From Selaginella moellendorffii (taxonomy: Eukaryota; Plantae; Lycopodiophyta): DNA of 64,000 bases. The notes under the pieces are model-generated. The model was not told where the DNA came from and searched no databases. It saw nothing but the letters and a program-made list of their open reading frames with translations. Made by a program: the position numbers and the translations under genes. Within the stretch, counting starts at the first letter, position 1, and every line of letters starts with the position of its first letter. Location of the stretch: the NCBI RefSeq assembly GCF_000143415.4, contig NW_003314330.1, positions 1 to 64,000 on the forward strand, written 5' to 3'. Positions 1 to 10,259 of the stretch are shown here, in pieces.

Positions 1-540
1 GTTCATTCCCACCCAAGGTTTTTAAGCCCCAATTTAAACCTAAAGTCAGTTGGGAAGCCCCTTTAAAGAGTTCCTTCAAGATGGGTCCCCACGGCCCCTA
101 ATAAATTTTGGGAACCCTTTGAAAAAACCCCCCCCCCCCCCCCCCCCCCTCTGGGAGACACACGCTTTGGGCTTTCACCCCTCAACCTGTATTAGTACTC
201 GGACTCGATCTCAGACCTGACCTTGGACTCAGTCTCGGACTCGATCTTGGGTCCGACCTCGGACTTGATCTCAGACCCGACCTCGGACCCGATCTCAGAC
301 TTGACCTCGGACTCAGTCTTGGACCTGATCTTGGATCTCGAACTCTGTCTCGAACTTGGTCTCGAACTTGGTCTCAAAGTTGGCCTTGAATTTGATCTCG
401 GACTCTATCTCGAACTCGGTCTCAAAGTCGATCTTGGACTTGATTTCAGACTCGATCCCATCCAATGAACTCTTTATCATTTCAATCATGCTTTCAAGGA
501 TCCTTTAGCTTACGACACCTCGGGGAGTTGGTTCTTTACA
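1..540 (-). mobile_element. Partial 3' LTR of the minus-strand chromovirus (runs off the window start)
   Basis: On the minus strand a purine-rich tract (GGGTGGTGGAGT, 541-552) is directly followed by TGTAAAG at 540, downstream of the integrase-chromodomain stop. It shares a 24-nt motif plus G-run with the LTR at 9136-10087. Confidence 0.55.
196..465. repeat. Degenerate 6/12-bp minisatellite (TCGGAC/TTGATC-like units) inside the LTR
   Basis: Visible periodicity; translates to KSEIGSEVGSEIKSEV-type repeats, and degeneracy increases rightwards. Confidence 0.85.
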
Positions 541-731
541 ACTCCACCACCCATAGAAGAAGTTCGATGCCCACATTGAACGTCTTTTTTTAATCCTACG
601 ACTTGTTGACCATCTCTCCGGGGGCATCCCCTTACTTAGCAGTGTGCCTAAGTTAGCCTCTCTAGCCAAAAGCCCATGACAACGGAATATAGGTGTCCCT
701 ATACCCCTCACCTCACCATGCCCTAGTATGG

Positions 732-787
732 GGTTGGGACTTGAACCCAACCTTGCTTTACTAGGGGGTTGGGACTTGAACCCAACC
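732..787 (-). repeat. Two copies of a 21-bp hairpin GGTTGGG-TTCAAGT-CCCAACC (tRNA T-arm / B-box-like) in the retroelement 3' UTR
   Basis: Exact copies at 732-752 and 767-787; 7-bp stem with a 7-nt TTCAAGT loop on the minus strand. Confidence 0.85.
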
Positions 788-1105
788 TCTGTAGAATACG
801 TCTATGGATTTGACATCTCCGCAAGGAGTTAGGCATAGTTCCCTACGCCTGGTTGACCTAGCTAACCTATGCTAATTAGCTTACCTTTGGCATGCTTTTG
901 GGTCCCAACATATGCCATTGTTCAACTTCACAAATTGATACTTTAATTGAATTTTGCATAAGTACATAGAGTTCTGCTTTGCAGAAATTCCTCCACTAGA
1001 TCTCGCGTGTTCACTAGGTTCTCCTCCGGTTCCCATGTTGCTTCACAGTGTGGAAACCCTTTCCACTTCACATGGAACTCCCTCATCTCGCGTCCTTATC
1101 ACTTG

Positions 1106-4100
1106 GAGCGCGGACCACTCTTGAGCTCATGAGCTGAAAAGTTGAGCTCGCAAGTTGAGCTCAATTTTCAATTGCAATTTCATACAAATATTATAAATTT
1201 TAAAAAATTAAGGTTATAGAAAACCTAACTTTATACTATATTTATGGATAAAACTATTTTAGAGGAGGCTTCTTGTCCAATAATTTAAATATTTACTATA
1301 TGTTATTTTATTTAAGTTTGCCAAAACATAAAATAAAATGGTTCTAATGTTGGTAGTTTCAACTCTTGACATCTTTCTTCTTAGGGTAGTAATTCAAGGA
1401 CTAGAAGCTATAATATTCATCCCATTGCATAACACAGCCAAACCATATAAAAGATAGAAAAAGAGGATAATGAGAATAATGATCATATATTAGAGATAAA
1501 CGCAATGATAAAGGGTGCAACAATTTAGGTGATAAAAAATGCCCTCCTATTTATTTTAAAAAATTACAATTCCATGACTTTCAAGAAATGCCCTATCTGT
1601 TTTTTAGCTTTTGGTGGAAATAGTGGCGACAATCAGTACAACAACATATACACTTTTGCAACAGATTGCAATATCATGGCCCCAAACTACTATGAAATAT
1701 GTTTTGAGATGGTAAATACAAAAACAGAGAGACACTAGTATTACAGATAGTATTGTAAAAAGAAAACTTGGAAGTATATGAAATGAAATGAATGTTTTAT
1801 TATTAATTATATAAAGTATAAAAAGTATATATTACTGATAGAGAATAAATATCAATAGTATTATTAGCTCCAAAAGTTTTACAACTTAGCAGTAGTAAAG
1901 CTTTCTTGATGTATATAAATGTCCACTTTAGGATCTTAGGGTAAAGTGTTGATGAAAATGTAATATATATATGCCTTCCTATGCCTTTCTATGTTTTTTG
2001 TGCTTAGTAAAGTTTGGTTATGTGCAAAGAAAGCATTGAATAACAATTGTGTACTCTCCATTTTCTATTTTAACAATGTGCAATATCTTGGAGTAAAATG
2101 GTACTCAATATCAAGCCTGTGAGAGCTTTTCGCTCCAAGATCTATACCAATATCTTCACCAATAAAGAAAAAACAACACTTTGAGTGAACAATTTTTATG
2201 TCATTAATAAAAGCTTGGGAATTATACTCCATACATGTGCCACGAACCACTTTCTCAATTACAGTTGCCACTTCTTGAGCTGGTGGAATCAACTTCCTCT
2301 TTATTCTATTGTTGAACATCTCAACAAAAAGCCTTGTTCTTAGTATCTTCCTTCTTCAAATGCTAATGCTTTTGAAGACTACTCTATAGCATATATAGAA
2401 TCTAATAAACATGTTTTATACAAATTTATCTTCTCTTTCCCTGCCTCAAAAGAATATTAGCTCTAATGCTTACTTTTAGAGAGATTCATAATCAGGGTGT
2501 ACGTAAGGTCTAGTGGTTGGTTCTAGTGAAAAAGACAAGATTAAAAGGCAATAAAAGTAAAGAAGAAATAAGAGACTTCATCTCTTCCAACTATTCTATC
2601 CTATAGAAGGAAGTAGTACATCTTGGCCTTGTAAATGGAACAATATAAAGGAAAATTCTTGCAAAACTAACACTTGAATCTAATAATAATAGTGTCATAG
2701 GTAAGAGGATTGATTGTAGACTTTTCAAAAAATATAAAATTTCTATAGCCATTTTGATTACATGTTTCATCCATGCAATCTAAATGCCTACCACAATGAA
2801 CTATAGACATTGTTCGAAATGCTGGAAGTGTGTGGTCTTGATCTTACACTAGTTTTAAACATCCTACTTAGTTTCCATCTGTTTTCGTTCGGAACTAATG
2901 TTGTTGATAAAAGGCTTTAGATCAAAGAAGATATTGCTATTGTAATAGGATGGAAGCTCACTCATGGATCTATATAGAAATAAGTGTATGTTGACTGAGA
3001 AGTGGGAAAAGTGGAAAGCATTATTAATAGCTTTGAATATTACTGAAGATGGAGCTCGTGAATTTGGGGCTGACACTAGCATAACTTTTCCACTTGAACT
3101 GGAAGAGGAGGAGAGGATGATGATTAACTCTTTCTTCACATTCACTTTAGCTGAAACACTTTGATTGGAGATCCAAAAACATGAATCTCCTTAGACTTTT
3201 AATTCTATAAACCTTAATGTTATCCACCCTTGCCCACACTAGAAAGAAAAAACACCGAGCAATAACAATACTAGTGTTGTTGTGGATCACAACCTCTAAC
3301 AAAATAAAGCTAAGATTAAGATTAAAATGGCAACATAAAAAACTTTTAAAAACATGACTTTGAGAGAATAAAAGTGGTGGTGATCTCAAAAATGTAGAAG
3401 AACCTTTCCATCCTTCTTTATAGGTTTTGGAGTTCTCTATGTCCCTTATGCTACTTATAAAGATCTATACTGAAACATAAATTGAGATTTAAGGAGAGCA
3501 ATAAGAAGAATAATAACAATGTATAAATAAATTTAAATACTATAGCATATCTAATATTTGTAAGTGTGATAGTATTATCATGTATTTTGTTGTCTATTGC
3601 ATGCACACAAATCCAAGAAAAGAATTTCAGCAAGTGAAGTTTAATTGTGAGTGATGATAGTAATGACATTCTGCTTTGGCATGGAGATCCAAGATATCCA
3701 ATCACATGTAAAATATCAGTAGTTTGTCAAATATTTAGTGTTAGGTGATGTCAGTAATGATAATTCTTCAATGACATAGTTTTGATTCTCAATATGAGTT
3801 AAGTTTTAGCCATATATGCAAATACTGCTAAATGATATTTAGAGCATGTGCCTATAATTTAGGTTCATACACAATACAAAACAAATTTATGGATGATGAT
3901 TCATCCATTCATAGATTAAAATAGTACAATATATTTAATATAATAATGCAACATACAAGATTTATACTCTTTAAAGTTCTGTATGAAATCATGTTGAGAA
4001 TTCATCCTTTCTATATAATTGAGAAAACTAATATTAATATATATAATAATATACCATCCTTTATAAATTTTAAAAAATTCACAAATAATATGAATGTATC

Positions 4101-7100
4101 ATATGTTAATAATAAAATAAAATAGGGTATAAGCCAAGTAGTTTTTGGCCCCGAGGGCCCGAGGGCCGGAGCTTATTCAATTAACCTCGGGCCCCCGGAC
4201 CCGGAAACTGCCCGAGGTCGAGCTCGGGCTCCCCACCTCGGGCAGTTTCTGGCCTCGAGGGCCCAAGGTTATTCAAATAACCTCGGGCCCCCGGACCCGG
4301 AAACTGCCCGAGGTCGAGCTCGGGCTCCCCACCTCGGGCAGTTTCTGGCCTCGAGGGCCCGAGGTTATTCAAATAACCTCGGGCCCCCGGACCCCGAAAC
4401 TGCCCGAGGTCCACCTCGGGCTCCCCACCTCGGGCAGTTTCTGGCCTCGAGGGCCGGAGGTTATTCAAATAACCTCCAGCCCCCGGACCCGGAAACTGCC
4501 CGAGGTCCACCTCGGGCTCCCCACCTCGGGCAGTTTCTGGCCTCGAGGGCCAGAGGTTATTCAAATAACCTCGGGCCCCCGGACCCGGAAACTGCCCGAG
4601 GTCCACCTTGGGCTCCCCACCTCGGGCAGTTTCTGGCCTCGAGGGCCCGAGGTTATTCAAATAACCTCGGGCCCCTGGACCCTGAACCTGCCCAATGTTG
4701 AGCTCGGGCTCGCCACCTTGGGACCTGAAATTGCCTGACATTGAGCTCGGGCTTGCCACCTCAGGCCCCGAAATTGCCCGACGTCAAGCTTGGGCTCGCC
4801 ACCTCAAGCCCCGAAACTGCCCAATGTCGAGCTCAGGCTCGCCACCTCAAGCCCCGAAACTGCCCGACGTTGAGCTCGGGCTCGCCACCTCGGGCAGTTT
4901 CTGGCCTCGAGGGCTCGAGGTTATTCAAATAACCTCGGGGCTCCAGACCCTGAAACTGCTCAACATCGAGCTCGAGCTTGCCACCTCGGGCAATTTCTAG
5001 CCTTGAGGGCCCGAGGTTATTCAAATAACCTCGGGCCCCCAGACACCAAAACTGCCTGACATCGAGCTTAGGCTCACCATCTCCCGCAGTTTTTGGCCTC
5101 GAAGGCCCAAGGTTATTCAAATAACCTCAAGCCTCTAGACCCCCAAACTGCCCAAGGTCAAACTCAAGCTTGCCACCTTGGGCAGTTTTTGGCCTCGGGT
5201 GAGCTCAATAGTGCCATTAACATCATATCGAATCTTGTAGTTGAGTAGATCTGCAATACATTCCTAGGCATTGATTTGAAACTCCATCAGAAATGCAAGT
5301 TTTTCTTAAGCTCTATTACGCACTAGATAGTATTGTGATTGATTGCACAATAAATAATGGTTCTATAGTGAAGGTAGTATATGATTCTGGTAGATCGGTG
5401 TTTGCTACTGAAGAACATCATTTATTCAAACATTGGCTTAGAACTACCTCTAACCTCAAGGAGGTAAATTATATTTATTAAGATTTCAATACATGTTTAG
5501 TTTTGTTTTATAGATCACTGTCACCTAGAGATAGAGGTTTTAGAAGTTTCCCAAAGTATGTAAAAGCTATGGCTTAACAAATGCAAAATGAGCACAATCC
5601 CAATATAGAAGGAGGCATAGAAGGAAATGATATGTTGATGATGAGATAGAAGAAAGTTAAATGAATCTTTACTTGAATAGAAAATCTTGTCATATATCAA
5701 AATATCAATAATAGTGTTAGTGTTAGTTATCAATGTTAATATCATATTCCATAATTGCAAATTGGTATTTTCACATGCAACCGTCAGTTTGTAATGCTTG
5801 TGTGTTGATATCTCATCCTTCAATATCTTGTTAACAATTATATATGAAGTGTTAACATTATTTATGTAGCAGTTGTGGTAGTGCTCAAGAAAACTATAAA
5901 ATCCCATAAAAATGTCCTGACCCAAGAAAGAAAGGGCATATTAGGCATCTTAGAATTAAACTCTCAATTTTTTCACTAATTCCCAATAAATCAAGAGTGA
6001 GCTCTTCTATGGATTGGGTGTAGTAGATTTCAACTTGAGGAAACTCTTTGTCAATAGCCTAAAAAACCCATATTCTACACTAACCAATGTATTGTTTCCC
6101 AAAGGGATATTATTCCTCACCATGAAGCAATAATGGGTATGTGTCCATAATTTATTCTTGAATTTATTGTACATCCACACTTTCTAGACCCGTTGTTAGG
6201 CAATTATTATAGTGTTTAAGAAAATTTTGTAATGAAAACATTTTTTTTGTCTAAAAAAAAAGTAGCATACTAGACATTGAATATAATAGCATTTTGTGAT
6301 TTTAAGCAGTCTTGCCATATTAAGAGCATGATCTTGCAAAAAATATGTGGCACTACTCTTGAAATGTTGAAGGTAATCTGTCTCTAGTAACAATATTCAA
6401 AATTCTATATATAGCAAGCTCTAGTTCAACTTCATAAGAACCCCCAATAGAAAGAAGATTGTAATATGGTTATAGTGGAGGTGAATGTGGAATGTTGGTA
6501 AACCTTAGGATGAAGGTGGAGACTAATATGAGGTGTTAGGGACTCACATATGAGTAGCAATGACTTTCCTTTGAGCCATATCTATATTAAAATTTTTAGG
6601 AGCGTAAGAATAATAAAAATACTATAATAACTAACTTTTCTTGGCATTTATATATTAATTTTTAGTCTTGAGAATGAGGTTTATTTATTATGACACTAAT
6701 AATACTCAGATTCCTGAAATGTCAATCTCAAAAATGATATTTCATAATCATAGTCTACTTACGAATAGAAGAGCTTCTAGAATTCTAGATACACATGTTA
6801 GAATATTTATCATTCTAATGACCATCTATATATATTCTTTTCTACACTTGTGCCAACTTTCTAGAAAAATACACAACAGGGAAATATAAACTATATTATA
6901 GTAGCAGAGTATGCAAGCATGCAAGCCCATATGCATTCTCTTATGTGAGATTACCTTTCAATCTTGGAAATGTAGATAAACTTGATTCTTTGATATGATA
7001 TCACTTTTGAGTCTTTTAAAAGATTTTGATTTCTATTATTATTATTCACAAATGACTCTCAAAAAATGCTAGTGGGGATTCATCCCAAAAATATAACTTG

Positions 7101-7815
7101 GTCTTCTCATATAGGAGGATTGCACTATAGGCAGGCAAGTAGAGTTTTTTATATGAATTAATATATAAATTACTCTATAGAAAACTCTTTAGAGTAGATT
7201 TGTTAGTCTTTTTTTATTTTATTTTTTTTACTATGTTCATTTCTTCATTTCTTTTGTTCTAGACTGTTGTTTTGGAGGTAACATGAGCATTTTTATCAAA
7301 AGTGATAATAGTCTTTACATTCCTGGATGGGTAATAAAGACTAAGAGTGTAATATGAAAATTGTGATAATGAAAAGAAATTAATATTCTCACATTGATTT
7401 GCCCTACAACTCTTACTTATAAACTTTTTATTTTACTTAAGAACTCTAGAATGAATGAATAGTATATAAATATATATTGCCTTACCAATATACACTATTA
7501 ATGGCTACCCTTTAAAAAATTTATCTTGATTCATATTTAGGTTTTTTTTAACAAATTACAAGAAAATCAAAATATGATAATTGTAAAGATAGTCTTTAGT
7601 AAGAAAATAGATAGGTTCTCATGAACTTTATCTTTTCTAAATAACTCAATCTATTAGAAACTTTTAACCTAGGTATTTATATATTTTAATATTTTAAAGT
7701 TTGTCATAACTTTTATTTTCTTAACATAAATTTTCTTTATAAAAGTTATAGTTAACTGCATTGACTTACATTGACTTGCGTTGAATTGAGCTCAACTCAA
7801 CTTTGGACCATCCCC
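1106..7815 (+). mobile_element. 6.7-kb DNA transposon with 8-bp TSD, probably KDZ (Kyakuja-Dileera-Zisupton)-like, heavily decayed
   Basis: Flanked by identical ATCACTTG at 1098-1105 and 7816-7823; removing it restores the chromodomain frame. Ends are imperfectly inverted with subterminal TTGAGCTC(AA) repeats. Decayed translations resemble KDZ/CxC motifs (CPICF..TDCN; NTLSEQF..YM..WN; CE(C)..ILLWHG; SKFYI..QL..NP..VE.W). The boundaries are firm; the family call is tentative. Confidence 0.7.
4144..5200. repeat. GC-rich 96-bp tandem satellite made of two hairpins, with an internal run of 43-bp sub-units
   Basis: GGTTATTCAAATAACC recurs every 96 bp (4267, 4363, ...). About 5.5 near-perfect units run to ~4680, then 43-bp sub-units (starts ~4689, 4732, 4775, 4818, 4861), then degenerate 96-bp units. 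Confidence 0.95.
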
Positions 7816-9135
7816 ATCACTTGCTCTTGCCTGCATTGAGGATAATCTCGACTTCATATTCCTCTTCCCCTTGGATAACTTTCGGTAAACGTCTTACTTG
7901 GTCCTTGTGAAGCAGATCCTCAAAGTACGGCTTGAGTAAGTTCACATGAAACACTGGGTGCATCTTCCCCATCTCTCGAGGAAGTTAGAGGTGGTAAGCC
8001 ACTTTACCGATTTATGCCTCAATCTCGTAAAGCCCTGTAAACTTGCTTAAGGAACTCAAGGTCAGTTCATTTCTAGGAATACATAATTTTTACTTTGGCT
8101 TAACTTCTGACTGATCCAACTTGGTATTTTAAGGTTCTTGGTGTTCAGCCACACCTTCTCCCCAGCTTGGAACTTTACATCCCAGCACTTCTAGTTCACG
8201 TACTTGGTTTGCCTTTGTTGAGCGCGTTCCAAGGAATCCCTCACTAGATTCCAAATATTGAGTCGATGCTTCTATTGCAGATAACTCTCCATGATACTCG
8301 GCCACGCCGAGTTCCATAAAACCTTCAATAGCTTGCCCATTGATGACTTCCCATGGACTCACCCCGATACTCGAGTATGCTGAGTTGTTATAGCACATTT
8401 TTGCAAGTCCCAAATGACTTACCCAATCAATCTGGTCTCCGGAGACATAGCATCGCAAATAATCCTTTAGTTATCTATTCACCCTTTCTGTTTGTCCATC
8501 TGTCAAGAAGTGTTAGTGCCATCCAACTTGACTTAATACCCAATACCTGTTTGTTGGTGATAGGCTGTATTGAATTTCAACTTGGTGTGATATTGTTACA
8601 AGAGAGTTCTCCAGAACCTACTAGTGAAGATCTTATCTCGATCTGAGATGATCTCCTTTGGCTTTCCCCGCACTCGAATCACTTGTTCAAAGAATAATTT
8701 TGCCACACCTTCTATATCCACTTCTATTGTGTGGGTATGAAATGTGCTATCTTCAAAAATTGGTCTACCACCACGAATATCGCATCAAACCCTTCACTTG
8801 GGGGGAGTCCCGTGATGAAGTCCATCATAAAACATTTCCATGGACGATCTAGAATTGGATGCTTTGTAACAAGCCCCCACTAGCCTTAGTCATGGCTTTG
8901 ATCTGCTGACATGTTGGATATGTCGTTACATAGTCTTGGATGTCTTTAGCCATATCTGGTTAGTGATACTTCCTCTTGAGTAAACCTATCATCTTGGGCA
9001 CTCTGCTATGTCCCACAAAAAGTCTGTCATGACACCCTTCTAAGGTTACCTTCCTTAGTTCCCCTTCTAGAACATACACCCTTATTTGTTTATAATAGAT
9101 GAGTCCATTGTGTTCTGCATAGCCAGTTTCTCTTC

Positions 9136-10087
9136 TGTTGGCAGCTCACCTCTTTAGTGAGCTTTCTACACCTCTAAATTTCTATCATGAATGTGACTTC
9201 AGGTATCGAAAGATACTTGTCGGCCAATCCTTATGGACACTCTTTCCTTACTACCACAACGGCAAGAGGTCAGTACTACTAGTTCCCTTTATTAGCCCCT
9301 CTTATCCAAGTGTTAGTAAACTGGACTTAGCATCTGTACTTGGCCGGATGAGCATAAGGAAGGAATTCCTAAGTGTTTATTTAGCCAAGTATACTTGGCC
9401 CGGCTTGTTAGTTCTCTTTTGCTCTATCTTGCACAGGCTTGGCAAGAACCCTCGTGTTGAGACTAGTCCCTCAATATCGCTGGATGATAACTTACCGTGT
9501 CTGCCAAACACCCTTGCTATCACGCCCTTTGTGTTAGTCTCATTTCGGTCCCAAATGCTATTTATGGAAAGTGTCTAGATTCACTCATTTGGCATGTCTA
9601 CGGAATGTAGAGGTTGACCTAAACACAATGGTGTTCGTCTCGTGTCCAAATTTGCAATCAAAGGATATTCTATATTTAGTAAGTTTTGAGCTTAACTCCT
9701 GGTACTAAAGGAGGTTTGGGGTGAAAGCCCAAAGCATGTGTTCCTCAAGAGGGGGGGGCTAGGGGGTGTTCCAAATGTATAGTAGGGATAGTGATTAAAA
9801 TGCATGTCTGACCACTTGAATTATTAATTTGGCTCCCGCTAAGCTGTGTCGCTCCTTGTTCTGTGTCCAGCTTGGGTCTAAGCCCAAGCTCCACTCTGCT
9901 CTAGTCGGTGGGGTACCCTCCTCCTCACGTTAGGCCACCAGTATGCCAAAACTGTGCCAGACTCCGTCTGACACCAGTTTGCGTGCAAGTGCTGGATATG
10001 GGGAGCTGGTGCTTATGGGATTGTACTGGACCCTTGTTTCGTAGTGCAACGGGCTTGGAGTTTGGCTCCAAATTCAGGTGCGCTACA
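9136..10087 (+). mobile_element. 5' LTR of a second Ty3/gypsy element inserted into the chromovirus pol
   Basis: Starts TG exactly where minus-strand pol homology stops; ends CA at 10086-10087, followed by a tRNA-Met PBS. Confidence 0.8.
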
Positions 10088-10089
10088 TT

Positions 10090-10100
10090 TGGTATCAGAG
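10090..10100 (+). promoter_or_regulatory. Primer-binding site (initiator tRNA-Met)
   Basis: TGGTATCAGAG two bases after the LTR-terminal CA. Confidence 0.9.
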
Positions 10101-10259
10101 GAATTGTCTCAGCGATTCCTATCCAACTTTTGTCGGATTTTCTGACTCAAGTTGCATACGTAGAGACTTTTCTAGTAGATCCAAAGCGACATGTGTAAAA
10201 TTAGTTGGATTGCACCATTTGGTAAGAACGTTGTATGCATGTTCAATTACTGATAGAGG

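Larger units (their letters stand above)
943..9135 (-). mobile_element. Ty3/gypsy chromovirus, integrase + chromodomain (pseudogenised, interrupted by the 1106-7815 insertion)
   Basis: Minus-strand translation gives the zinc-binding region (CHD..GH..DIQDYVT..TCQQIK, ~8900-9040), the integrase core (LRCYVSGDQIDWVSHL..CYNNSAYSSIGVSP) and a GPY/F-like VAYHL*LP..MHPVFHVNLLKPY. The chromodomain begins EEEYEVEIILNAGKSK (7816-7870) and continues in frame as GREMREFHVKWKGFPHCEATWEPEENLVNTRDLVEEF (1097-943). Confidence 0.9.

Noticed and set aside
732-787. tRNA genes
   Set aside because: Only the T-arm is present; no D-arm, anticodon arm or acceptor stem.
4145-4759. Long ORFs on both strands (197 and 192 aa)
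   Set aside because: By-product of a GC-rich 96-bp (3n) palindromic repeat; TTG start on +, no domain signal.
4144-5200. CRISPR-like array of palindromic repeats
   Set aside because: Intervening sequences are identical rather than unique spacers; eukaryotic context, no cas genes.
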